A DNA stretch of 64,000 bases, taken from the IMG/VR virus record IMGVR_UViG_3300037010_001702, positions 175,442 through 239,441 of that record; one strand, written 5' to 3'. Positions 48,968 to 58,589 of the stretch are shown piece after piece; the stretch's first letter is position 1, and each line of letters begins with the position of its first letter. A model generated the notes under the pieces. It ran no database searches, was not told where the DNA came from, and saw only the letters and a list, made by a program, of their open reading frames with translations. Made by a program: the position numbers and the translations under genes.

Positions 48968-49219
48968 ATGCAAGAAAATACGGCAACCGTTTCACTTTAC
49001 GTTGTAAAAGGTGCAACAGGACTTTACTTTGCTGGGTTTGATACCACAAAAGGTCAGGCAAACTTCGTAGAAGATCCACGATTCGCAAAGACCTTTACAA
49101 ACAAGTATGACATTAAGCTCCGTCCTGATGAGCATCTTGTTGAAATGTCAATTGATCTTTCTGTCGCAGCGATAAAGTTCTCTGAACCATTCAGACCACA
49201 GCGCCGAGCAACTAAGTAA
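48968..49219 (+). CDS. Hypothetical protein
   Basis: AGGAG RBS. Confidence 0.6.
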   Translation: MQENTATVSLYVVKGATGLYFAGFDTTKGQANFVEDPRFAKTFTNKYDIKLRPDEHLVEMSIDLSVAAIKFSEPFRPQRRATK

Positions 49220-49277
49220 TCGCAAGTTTGCTTTTACCACTAAGCGTGTTATAATATCTCCAATAGAAGTAATTCCA

Positions 49278-49475
49278 TTGGAGATTTTTATGCATTTAAC
49301 TGTACGTGAATTGATTGAACGACTTGCACACTACGATGACGACGTGCTAATTGGGATTAAGAAATTTACCCATGGTTCTGATCGCGTCACTATTGATCTT
49401 GTAGAAGAAAGTGAAGTTGACCATGATGTTCTCTTTATTGATGGAGAAGATCATGAAGTGATAATCCTGGGATAA
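49278..49475 (+). CDS. Hypothetical acidic early protein
   Basis: Early promoter 49226-55. Confidence 0.5.
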   Translation: MEIFMHLTVRELIERLAHYDDDVLIGIKKFTHGSDRVTIDLVEESEVDHDVLFIDGEDHEVIILG

Positions 49476-49693
49476 CATTTTTAATCTTTAAGAAATACGA
49501 TGACCCTTCATTTTCCTTGGAAAATGGCTCGCAGACTTCGAGCAACACCCATCTACAAAGAGGGAGACCGGGTTAAAATTAGCCTTGGATAAGGGTCAGA
49601 TTACTCAGCACCTTTAGTCAGTTCGCAACCAGTTTACATTCACATCTTCTGGGTATATAATCAATTATCAAATTTAATTTTTAGGAGTTTTAC

Positions 49694-50170
49694 ATGGCAA
49701 AAGTTTTAACAGTCGCAACCCCTGTTCAAAAGGCAGTTTTTGAGCAAGTTTTCTTGAACGAAATGTCGCACGGCTTCTGGAAGAATGCACGACCTGCTGA
49801 CCATGCCGACTATTGGAAGGGTGTGACGCTCGTTGTTGGTACTGAACTTGGCACCAACGGTTTTGACGTCCCCCGCAACTACAACTTTGTCAATCCTGAA
49901 TTCTTCTGCAAGGTAGAAGACAAGCTGATGGCAGTTGCTGAAGTTGCTCAACCTGGAATTACTACCAAGCAGCTCAAGAAGCAGCTCATCTCCCTCAATC
50001 AAATCATCGGTGGCCGCCTTAAGGAAGTTGGTGGAACAGTTGTTAAGCTGCCGCGTGGTCGCAAGCAACCAACTGAAGTTCAAATCAGCACTGCAAAGAA
50101 GACAGCGACCTCATCTGTTCGTAAGGCACTTGCGAACCTGGTTGAAGCTCCTGTAGCAGAAACGGTTTAA
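49694..50170 (+). CDS. Hypothetical early protein
   Basis: Early promoter 49632-61, AGGAG RBS. Confidence 0.7.
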   Translation: MAKVLTVATPVQKAVFEQVFLNEMSHGFWKNARPADHADYWKGVTLVVGTELGTNGFDVPRNYNFVNPEFFCKVEDKLMAVAEVAQPGITTKQLKKQLISLNQIIGGRLKEVGGTVVKLPRGRKQPTEVQISTAKKTATSSVRKALANLVEAPVAETV

Positions 50171-50390
50171 TCAAATGACACGCTTTATTCTGTCTGTTCT
50201 CGCACTAATTGGGCTCTACGCTCGCCTTGGTTGGACATACGTCACAGCTCCAGTTTCAACAGCTGTAGCGTGGGCAAGGCGGAAGATCATTTATGGTTGG
50301 TACTCCTTCAAGATTTTCCTGTATAGCTAAATCTCTCCGGAACAAAACAAAGGGGATCCTAAAGGATCCCCTTTTCTTTATCTAAACTTT

Positions 50391-50738
50391 TTACTGCTTT
50401 TCTTCGTATTGAAAGTTTCCACCAAACTCCTGTGCTCTGTCAATTGCTTGTTGCTTTCTATCATTGATTTGACCTGCTGCATCTTTTACTGTTGCATTAA
50501 CACTTGATTTTGTTCTGCTGATTTCTCTTTTAAGAAACTCTCTGTACTGTGGAACGGTCATTCTCTTTTTAGCTGCTTGTGCTGCTTCATCTTCTTCTCT
50601 TTTCTTTCTGTCAGCTAAAGCTTTCTTTGCTGCATCACTGTTTTTAAACATTCCAAAAATTTCATCGAGGCGCTCTTCAGTCAACTCCTCCAGAGGAGTA
50701 TCATAGAATTGAGAAAATTGTTTAAATGAAATATTCAT
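50391..50738 (-). CDS. Late charged helical protein (candidate head-internal protein)
   Basis: Minus-strand TATAAATA at 50766-73; N-terminal ISFKQF; shares a bidirectional hairpin terminator near 50350-50375. Confidence 0.6.
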   Translation of the reverse strand: MNISFKQFSQFYDTPLEELTEERLDEIFGMFKNSDAAKKALADRKKREEDEAAQAAKKRMTVPQYREFLKREISRTKSSVNATVKDAAGQINDRKQQAIDRAQEFGGNFQYEEKQ

Positions 50739-50841
50739 TGAAGTTGTCCTGTTAATTCCATTTTGTATTTATAGTTGGTCGCAGAAAATGAGGTTAAATT
50801 TCTTGTAAATATGAAGTGTAAATCTCATAAATGCTACAAGT

Positions 50842-51597
50842 ATGAAACAAGTCCTGACGGTTATTCCTGGCAGTATTGATACTCTTAGAAGAGTGCTGAT
50901 GATTCAGCAATGGTCTGAGCTTAGAAATACACTTGGACAGATTGGATTAGAGGTCATTGTCATTCCGTTTTCCGCAAATAGTGGCACAGCCTTTGATCTG
51001 CCCTTCAGTGAAAAAGCTTTCATATTCGGTAATGATGTCCTGATAGATAAAGTAAAGGAAGATCGCTTGGCAGCGTGGTTATCTGACCGCGGCTTTAACG
51101 CAATCCACCAGCAGAACGTAAAGGCTTCCAGCACGGCTATTATTATTGATGAACAGCAGGCATGGTGCAGCTTTGGATTTGATGGAAGCTTGCGCCGAGA
51201 TAACCAATTTGAGGACATCTTGATTAGCGCTGGAAAGGTATATCGACCGCTTGAGATGAGGATCGGATTAGCAAGTGATGGAATTTTAGCTAACGTCTTT
51301 TGCCCACTCACGGAGATGCGTGGCCTTCTATGGTATCCACCCGCCTTCACAGAACAGGCCCGGCACGAGATACGTGATTGGTATCCTGATGCTATTGAGA
51401 TTAGTAATGAGGACAAGATTGGAATGGCGTGTAGTTCAATCATTCATAATGACCACGTCATTATCCCTGATGGGCTAAGTATGGAGCTTTATGAAAGACT
51501 TGAAGGACTGAACTATCAGGTCATAAAGCAAGACCTGCACGCCTTCATTGACTTAGGATTGGGTTGCAAGTCTCTCATTATTCCAATCAATGAATAA
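50842..51597 (+). CDS. Amidinotransferase/DDAH (pentein)-fold protein, degenerate active site
   Basis: QQWSELRNTL, LLWYPPAF, MACSSI, C-terminal DLHAFIDLGLGCKSL in place of the DxSEFxKxGGxxxC pattern. Confidence 0.55.
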   Translation: MKQVLTVIPGSIDTLRRVLMIQQWSELRNTLGQIGLEVIVIPFSANSGTAFDLPFSEKAFIFGNDVLIDKVKEDRLAAWLSDRGFNAIHQQNVKASSTAIIIDEQQAWCSFGFDGSLRRDNQFEDILISAGKVYRPLEMRIGLASDGILANVFCPLTEMRGLLWYPPAFTEQARHEIRDWYPDAIEISNEDKIGMACSSIIHNDHVIIPDGLSMELYERLEGLNYQVIKQDLHAFIDLGLGCKSLIIPINE

Positions 51598-51627
51598 ATA
51601 AACAATATGATTTAAGGATGAGATATA

Positions 51628-51795
51628 ATGAAGCTACGAGAATTGTTCGAAGATATCGGCAAGAAGACTGAAGTTCAGCTCGAAAAAGGCCTGTCAAGGG
51701 ACGAGGCTTTAAAGTTAGCTCCGTGGAAGAAAAAGTACGGAGACTGCAGAGCATTCTTCTACAATCCTAAAACAGGAGTAGCGACATGGATATGA
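51628..51795 (+). CDS. 55-aa late protein with MKLRELFE leader (below the track cutoff)
   Basis: AATAAATA at 51593-600, AAGGA RBS, MKLRELFEDIGKK...TWI. Confidence 0.6.
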   Translation: MKLRELFEDIGKKTEVQLEKGLSRDEALKLAPWKKKYGDCRAFFYNPKTGVATWI

Positions 51796-52099
51796 GTGAA
51801 GATCAGAAACAAACACTTGAGACTATTGTTGAGGGTGGTGCAGAAGTAAGTACTGTTGCGTATAATCCTTCAAGCGTAACAGGCGACCCTGAGGGTGATG
51901 CTATCTCCACTGGATGGGTCCAGTACGCGAGACAAGCAAGCGCTTCGTTAGTTGAAGTAGTCTACACAAGATAAGGGTAAGAATTGGTGGATTGGTGGAA
52001 TGAATAACTTTTTGCTAAATAAAGAAGATGCAGAAAATAGAGGATTGAAATGAGGACGGATAAATTGTTCATTTTCAAAAACAGCGTAAACTTAGATTA

Positions 52100-52430
52100 G
52101 GAAATGATTGTGACACCCGGGGGCAGTGCCCGGCAGGTCCACCAAAAGAACTCTAAATCTTACAGAAATGTTTGAACAGGTTTGGTATCCCAGATCCCTC
52201 TTGCATAGGTAAAACTGATAACAAAGACAGATATGCCAAGAGTTCTTTTAATGGGCTTGACACAGGATCGACCACGAAAAAAGTATTTGTTTGAGCGCTC
52301 GTCAGGCGATCGACGTTAAAGAAGCAAAACTATAAACGCAAACGACAAATTTGTGATGGCTGCCTAATTGGCTTGCCGGAGTTTTTGAGGGTTTATCTTA
52401 GCAACAGAATTAAACCCTCACCTTCATTTC
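52100..52430 (+). ncRNA. ssrA: Circularly permuted (two-piece) tmRNA gene
   Basis: T-arm CCGGG-GGCAGTG-CCCGG and 3' acceptor strand CAGGTCC-ACCA end at 52144. The 5' acceptor strand GGGCTTG starts downstream at 52253 and gives a G3:U70 pair; D-loop ends GGATCGAC. Tag frame GCA AAC GAC AAA TTT GTG ATG GCT GCC TAA at 52338-67. Outer ends approximate. Confidence 0.88.
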
Positions 52431-52446
52431 GCAAAGGATAAGAATA

Positions 52447-52731
52447 ATGGATATGGGCGAAATTTCACAGCTGGAGCTGGATTTACTTTTGCTGTTCTAC
52501 ACATACTCTAATCAGTTTGGAACTGTTGATATTGACTTCTGTGCCAAGTTCGCCGCCGATAAAATGGGTGTCTTCATTTTGAAGCAGCCCTTCCAATTTA
52601 CTCAAGAGCACCTTGACTGTCTTATGGACAACGGATTAGTTCCGGACACACGCGAACTTCTAACTGTCATCCCACTTAACAGACCAAAGATAAAAGCGAG
52701 AAGAGTTAGAAAGCCCAAGGAATCTGGTTAA
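52447..52731 (+). CDS. Hypothetical protein
   Basis: AAGGA RBS. Confidence 0.55.
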   Translation: MDMGEISQLELDLLLLFYTYSNQFGTVDIDFCAKFAADKMGVFILKQPFQFTQEHLDCLMDNGLVPDTRELLTVIPLNRPKIKARRVRKPKESG

Positions 52732-52746
52732 GCGCAAATAAATAAA

Positions 52747-53007
52747 ATGCACCGCACATATATGTTGAGGTGTAAAATGAATAAGATTATTCCAATACCA
52801 AAGAAAATGTTCATAGGCGTCTTGGCAAGCGCCTTTGTAGTGGGTACAGCTTTACCCAACTTTCTCAATGCTGAACAAACTCCAGTAGCCCAGCCCCACA
52901 AGATAGTTCTTCATCCCCGCGGCCAAAAGAAAGCTTCATCACCTCAAGTAGAAGCTTTAGTATCCCAATTCATCAACCTAATCCCTGGTTCAAGATTACA
53001 TAACTGA
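52747..53007 (+). CDS. Hypothetical membrane-anchored protein
   Basis: Hydrophobic segment FIGVLASAFVVG; true start may be the later ATG (MNKIIP). Confidence 0.4.
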   Translation: MHRTYMLRCKMNKIIPIPKKMFIGVLASAFVVGTALPNFLNAEQTPVAQPHKIVLHPRGQKKASSPQVEALVSQFINLIPGSRLHN

Positions 53008-53302
53008 GCGTAAAGGGTAAAATGTCTAATAGACATTATGCAAGCATCTGCAGTTGAAAATGAGATAATTCAGATGTGTTGCAACACGAAACGGATTAGC
53101 TCCGATCTTGTTGATTTCATCAACATACAAGACTTTTGGGGGGCAAGCACGATGTGTTTAAGTTGTCAGTGCAGCATCTCTTCCAACATTCATGGGCCAA
53201 CTGGCAGCAAGAAGCAGAAGTCACGCTGTTAGATGATGACGTGATAAATGAAAACTTTGAATGGCCTGATCTCCAGGCCAAGGGCAGAATAATTAACATA
53301 AT

Positions 53303-53647
53303 ATGGCATATCAATTCCAACGGATGACTCAGAACGTTCTTCCACTCGCGAAGATACCAAAACCGGACACCAACTATCAGAGCTGGGAAATTGAATCAAT
53401 CCTTGAGATACTCCTGGAGAAAGCTGTTGAAACCGGTGAGATTCACAGTCAGATGTTCTTCGAGCATAAAGGACAATATGCTCCACAAGCTCATAGAGCA
53501 ACTACAATGTACAGGGCAATCGAGATTATTCGACAGCTTCAGTACGAGGTTGCTCGTTTAACAGACGAGCTTGCTGACGCAGATGCGGAAAAGAAACCTT
53601 CTAAGCGCAGGTCGAAGAAAGCAGGCAATCCTAAGGTCGAAGACTGA
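53303..53647 (+). CDS. Hypothetical protein
   Basis: 114 aa ORF with coiled-coil/basic tail. Confidence 0.5.
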   Translation: MAYQFQRMTQNVLPLAKIPKPDTNYQSWEIESILEILLEKAVETGEIHSQMFFEHKGQYAPQAHRATTMYRAIEIIRQLQYEVARLTDELADADAEKKPSKRRSKKAGNPKVED

Positions 53648-53710
53648 TTCTTTCAAGCATAAATAATCTTACTCAATTGGTGAGTTAATAAACACACAAA
53701 GGAAAACACA

Positions 53711-54283
53711 ATGAAGAAAATCATTTTAGCATCCATCCTCGCTCTTGCAGCAGGCGCAGCATCCGCTCAAGTTTCAGCCGTAGCCTCATATGAAGCAAAC
53801 GTTGTTGCGAACTCCGCAGTTAACACACAAGAAGTTTTGGCCGGTGTAAATGTCGGTCTTGGTAATGGATTCGCAGCCCAGGCACTTGGCATTGGTGATT
53901 ACAACCGTGGTGAAGGCGTTTCTGCTTCCACTGGAACAGGTTGGTTGATTGGCGGAACAAAGACATTTAGTGCAATTTACGGTGTTACTCCAACTATCGG
54001 TCTTGGCTACGGTCATACTCGAGTTGACACAGGTACCCAGTTGAACTTTATCCAAGCAACTGCTGAAGGTCGTTACCCTATTGCTCAAGGTACAAACTTG
54101 GTTGTTGGTTATCGCTTCCGTCAAGGTGAGTTTGTTGAAGACTACTTCCGCTCTAACCGCGTTTCAGTTGGTGTTGAAAAGCAGCTTTCAAAGGCACTTG
54201 TTCTTGGAGTACAAGCTCAGCACACTGCTGGTGAAGGTTACATTTCTAATGGCGTAGGTGCTTCAGTCGCTTACACGTTCTAA
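53711..54283 (+). CDS. Outer-membrane beta-barrel protein with signal peptide
   Basis: MKKIILASILALAAGAASA signal peptide, alternating beta strands, C-terminal GVGASVAYTF; late promoter CATAAATA near 53658. Confidence 0.75.
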   Translation: MKKIILASILALAAGAASAQVSAVASYEANVVANSAVNTQEVLAGVNVGLGNGFAAQALGIGDYNRGEGVSASTGTGWLIGGTKTFSAIYGVTPTIGLGYGHTRVDTGTQLNFIQATAEGRYPIAQGTNLVVGYRFRQGEFVEDYFRSNRVSVGVEKQLSKALVLGVQAQHTAGEGYISNGVGASVAYTF

Positions 54284-54333
54284 ATGACACGAACAAGCTA
54301 ATTTAAGACCACCCGTTCTTACCAGGAGACATA

Positions 54334-54678
54334 ATGTCAGAAGTAATTGCATTTAAGATGCTTTCAGGCGGAGAGGTTGTTGCTGAAGTGACTGAAACCA
54401 TCTTTGAGGGTGGAGGTATGTTAGCAGAAAACATCAACTCCCGCACGGTAGTAGCGTATAAGGTTCGCCGTCCGCACATCCTTCAATTCCAACCAATGGG
54501 CAATGGTCAGCTCGGATTGGCTTTTGTTCCTTGGACGCTTGCTAACCCGGACATTCAATCGATGGAAATTCCAGCTACTGCAGTTCTACTTAAGTATGAG
54601 CCTTCCGACAATGTTAGGCGGCAGTACATCTCACAAACATCGGGAATTGAACTAGCACCGCCAGGGACAAAGTTCTAA
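54334..54678 (+). CDS. T4-like conserved hypothetical protein (Sm-like fold suspected)
   Basis: FKMLSGGEVVAEV, LAFVPW; AGGAG RBS; followed by terminator AAGGGAG-TCTTCGA-GCTCCCTTTT. Confidence 0.5.
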   Translation: MSEVIAFKMLSGGEVVAEVTETIFEGGGMLAENINSRTVVAYKVRRPHILQFQPMGNGQLGLAFVPWTLANPDIQSMEIPATAVLLKYEPSDNVRRQYISQTSGIELAPPGTKF

Positions 54679-54904
54679 GTCAACTTGGTTAAAACACACA
54701 AAGGGAGTCTTCGAGCTCCCTTTTCTTTTGCGCGGTGTTTTTCTTGTTTTATTTGTCAAAGTGATAAATATCAGATTAGATTAGTAATGGCGCAGGGCGT
54801 TTTACGATCTTTACAGTCCTAGTTGGTTAAGTAGTCGATCATATCATTCTATCTCATAAATAGTTGTAAGTAAAAATTCCGTAAATCCTTGGAGATAAAA
54901 GAAT

Positions 54905-57565
54905 ATGTTTTTCGATTCAATACAGATTGCTGAAGGTGGCGCAATTTCTAACATGGTTGTGGCATCTGGGACTTCATTCCCAGCACAAGCTAATCCTGGT
55001 GAGCTGTTCTTTCATACCAGTGACAACAAGATGTACCTTTACAACGGTGCTTCTTGGGTATCAATGGCTGACACATCTAGCGTAGTTACATCGGTTGCAA
55101 GCCGCACGGGAGCTATAACACTAATGACCACCGACATTGGTGGTTTAGCTACTGTTGCTTCCTCAGGTTCATATGATGACCTGACAAACAAGCCAACTAT
55201 TCCAGTTGTCACTGGAACAAACACCGGCGACCAAACAATCACCCTTACTGGTGATGTAACGGGATCGGGCACTGGTTCATTCTCAGCAACTCTTGCCACG
55301 GTAAATGGGGCACCAGTTTCAGCTGCATTCCAAAAGATTACAGTAAATGGTAAGGGCCTTGTAACAGCAACTTCAGCTGTCACTCCTACAGACATTACAA
55401 CAGCTCTTGGATACACTCCAGCTAGCCTTAGCGGAGCAACCTTTACTGGCTCTGTTCTTCTTTCAGCAGACCCTACTCAAGCTCTCGGTGCTGTTACAAA
55501 GCAGTATGTTGATAACGTAGCTTCAGGTCTTAACGTCCACAATGCTGTAGTAACAGCCACAACTGCAGCTCTTACTGCAACCTACTCAAATGGCACAGAT
55601 GGTGTTGGTGCTACTCTTACGGGCACAGCGAATGGTTCACTTGGTTCTGTTGGAGGCTATACCCCAGCCAATGGGGATCGCATCATCATTAAGGATCAAG
55701 TTAATGCAGCCCAAAACGGTATCTACGTAGTTACATCAACTGGTTCAGCTGGTTCTCAATACGTACTTACTCGTGCTACAGACTTTGATAATTCTCCAGT
55801 AGGTGAAATTGTTGGTGGTGCTTTTGCTTACGTTCAAAATGGTTCTCTTGCTGGCACCCAGCTTGTAGTTACAACCCCAACAGCTATTACAGTTGGAACA
55901 ACTGGTATTACGTTCTCACAACTTTCCGGTAGTACAACTCTTACAGCTGGTTCTGGTATCTCAATTTCTGGCACAACAATTTCCAACTCTGGTGTTATTA
56001 CCGTAGCTGGCCGAAGCGGTGCTGTTGCTCTTTCAACATCAGACATTTCTGGTCTTGCAGTAGTTGCTTCAACTGGTTCCTACTCAAGCTTGATTGGTAC
56101 TCCATCACTCGCAACAGTAGCAACCTCTGGTTCCTACAATGATCTTTCAAACAAGCCTACCTCATTTGCAAACATTACTGGTGGTGCTTCTGGTTCTATT
56201 CCTTATCAAACAAATTCAAGCACAACGGCACTGCTTGCTAAGGGAACTGACGGACAAGTTCTTACACTTGCTTCGGGTTTACCAGCTTGGTCTACGCTTA
56301 CCACCTCGGGTTCAGCACTCACTGGAACATCTCTTGCTTCCAACATCGTAACATCCAGCTTGACTTCTGTTGGTACGCTTACCAGCTTGACAGTTACTAA
56401 TCCTATTATTGGCTCGGTAACAGGAAATGCTGCAACTGCTACTTCAGCAACAACCGCTACTAACCTTGGTGGTGGAAGCGCTTATGCTGTTCCATATCAA
56501 TCAACAGCTGGTACTACTTTGTTCTTGCCGGCTGGTACTTCAGGTCAAGTTCTTTCAACACAGGGAACTGGCTCTGCTCCTATCTGGACAAGTGCTCAGA
56601 ACCTTATCTCCTACCCAGCAAATCAAATCGTTTATGGTACTGGAACTGGTTCTTCATCTTACTCGTCGCTTACATACAATCCACTTACTAACGTGCTTAC
56701 TGTTGGCGGGGCTGGTACAGCGCTTATGCAGGCAGGAGCAAGTCAGTCCATTGAACTTCTATCTGATACGTCAATTATCCTCACTGTTGGGTCAACCGAC
56801 TTCCTTGTCGTTGATACAGTTGGTACCTTCAAGGTAAATGGTTCAAAGGGAACAGCTGGACAAGTTCTCACGTCAAATGGTTCTGCTGCAGCAGCTTCAT
56901 GGTCAAGTTTCAGCGCTTCATCATTGAGCGGAACATCTCTTCCAGCTACAATCGTTTCCTCAAGCTTGACTTCAGTTGGAACTCTTGGTAACCTCACTGT
57001 AACGGGTACTATCTCTGGTTCTATCTCTGGAAATGCAGCGACTGCAACTCTTGCTACTACAGCAACTAACATTGCTGGTGGTGCTGCTGGTTCTATTGCT
57101 TATCAGACATCCTCTGGTGCAACAACTATGTTGGCTAAAGGAACTGATGGACAAGTTCTTACCCTCGCTGGTGGAGTACCTACCTGGGCTTCTGGCGGCT
57201 CTGGTGGTATTTCAGCTTCATCAAACAATACATTCACCGCTGCACAACGCGGTGCTGTATCGGTTCTTACTGCTGGTTCAACAGTAACACCTAACTTTGA
57301 TGCATCAAATAACTTCTCCCTTACAGCAACATCAAGCTTCACTCTTGCTAATCCAACAGGTACAATTACTCCAGGTCAATCTGGTATTATTGCTATCTCT
57401 CAAGATGCTTCTGGTGGTAGAGTAATTACTTGGGGTTCATACTGGAAGGGTGCAGGTGGCGTTAAGCCCACTCTTTCAACAAGCTCTAATGCGGTTGATT
57501 TAATCTCCTACTACGTTGTTTCAGCAACGTCAATCTTCGTGTCTGCTAACTTGGCAATTGCTTAA
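54905..57565 (+). CDS. Tail fibre protein
   Basis: G/T/S/A-rich; GAVTKQYVDN, NGDRIIIKDQ...QNGIYVV, GQVLT repeats; late promoter CATAAATA near 54855. Confidence 0.8.
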   Translation: MFFDSIQIAEGGAISNMVVASGTSFPAQANPGELFFHTSDNKMYLYNGASWVSMADTSSVVTSVASRTGAITLMTTDIGGLATVASSGSYDDLTNKPTIPVVTGTNTGDQTITLTGDVTGSGTGSFSATLATVNGAPVSAAFQKITVNGKGLVTATSAVTPTDITTALGYTPASLSGATFTGSVLLSADPTQALGAVTKQYVDNVASGLNVHNAVVTATTAALTATYSNGTDGVGATLTGTANGSLGSVGGYTPANGDRIIIKDQVNAAQNGIYVVTSTGSAGSQYVLTRATDFDNSPVGEIVGGAFAYVQNGSLAGTQLVVTTPTAITVGTTGITFSQLSGSTTLTAGSGISISGTTISNSGVITVAGRSGAVALSTSDISGLAVVASTGSYSSLIGTPSLATVATSGSYNDLSNKPTSFANITGGASGSIPYQTNSSTTALLAKGTDGQVLTLASGLPAWSTLTTSGSALTGTSLASNIVTSSLTSVGTLTSLTVTNPIIGSVTGNAATATSATTATNLGGGSAYAVPYQSTAGTTLFLPAGTSGQVLSTQGTGSAPIWTSAQNLISYPANQIVYGTGTGSSSYSSLTYNPLTNVLTVGGAGTALMQAGASQSIELLSDTSIILTVGSTDFLVVDTVGTFKVNGSKGTAGQVLTSNGSAAAASWSSFSASSLSGTSLPATIVSSSLTSVGTLGNLTVTGTISGSISGNAATATLATTATNIAGGAAGSIAYQTSSGATTMLAKGTDGQVLTLAGGVPTWASGGSGGISASSNNTFTAAQRGAVSVLTAGSTVTPNFDASNNFSLTATSSFTLANPTGTITPGQSGIIAISQDASGGRVITWGSYWKGAGGVKPTLSTSSNAVDLISYYVVSATSIFVSANLAIA

Positions 57566-57576
57566 GGACTAACAGA

Positions 57577-58524
57577 ATGCCATCCATTTTTTCTGGCAAC
57601 ATGACTCTGCAGAACATAATCGTTGGCGTCAAGCCATTTGTTCCTGTAGCGTCATTCACATCAACACACACTGGGTCAAACTCAACGTTTAGCTTTTCTG
57701 ATACCTCAGTGAACTATCCAACGAGCTGGTACTGGGATTTTGGGGATGGTACATCATCAACCCTTCAAAGTCCTACGCACACCTTCACGTACAATGGTAG
57801 CTACACTGTCACTCTTACAGCAGCTAATGGAACTGGAAGTAACAGTACTTCCAACGTTATTTCAGTTTCAGATGGCGCTGACCCGTACTTTGGTGACGTT
57901 GGTCTTCTTATTAACGGTGATCAAAGCCCAGTTATTGACATTAAGGGCAACGCTCTTAATGTTCTTGGTGTTGGTAGCACTCCAGTTACCCCATCGCAGG
58001 ATACTGGAAACTATGTTTATGGTAGCGGAAGCGTTTACTTCAATGGTGGCAATGGTTTCAAGATTGCTTACAACTCATCATTTAACCTAAGTGGCGTGGA
58101 TTGGACTCTTGAAACATGGTTTAACGCCGACGCATTTGGCGGTACTATTCTGTCAAAGGATACCCATGGTACTAACTACGACTGGTGCATTGCACTTACG
58201 AATTCTACCCATATTACCATCACCACTGCCGCAACATCCAATTCATTGTCAGCTACTGTGCCAACAATGTCGGCAGGAACCTGGTATCACGTTGCTATCG
58301 TTCGTTACAATGGCGTTGTAACGATCTACCTAAATGGTACAGCGTATGCTTCTAAGACAATGGACGTAACTAATGCTGACGTTGCATGGTTCACCGTTGG
58401 TTGTGCTGGATGGAATAGTCCTAACACGTACTATACTGGTCACGTTGATGATTTGAGAATTACACAGGGCATCGCCCGCTACACTGGTAACTTCACTCCA
58501 ACTGGTCCTGCACCTACTCACTAA
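57577..58524 (+). CDS. PKD + LamG/concanavalin-like domain virion protein (adhesin)
   Basis: WYWDFGDGTSSTLQSPTHTF (PKD), DWTLETWF, WYHVAIVR, GHVDDLRIT. Confidence 0.8.
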   Translation: MPSIFSGNMTLQNIIVGVKPFVPVASFTSTHTGSNSTFSFSDTSVNYPTSWYWDFGDGTSSTLQSPTHTFTYNGSYTVTLTAANGTGSNSTSNVISVSDGADPYFGDVGLLINGDQSPVIDIKGNALNVLGVGSTPVTPSQDTGNYVYGSGSVYFNGGNGFKIAYNSSFNLSGVDWTLETWFNADAFGGTILSKDTHGTNYDWCIALTNSTHITITTAATSNSLSATVPTMSAGTWYHVAIVRYNGVVTIYLNGTAYASKTMDVTNADVAWFTVGCAGWNSPNTYYTGHVDDLRITQGIARYTGNFTPTGPAPTH

Positions 58525-58589
58525 TACCGTGAGCTGTTTCCAATGCTCATAATCGAATAAATAAGTTGTAAAGTTTTAAGGAACACAAA

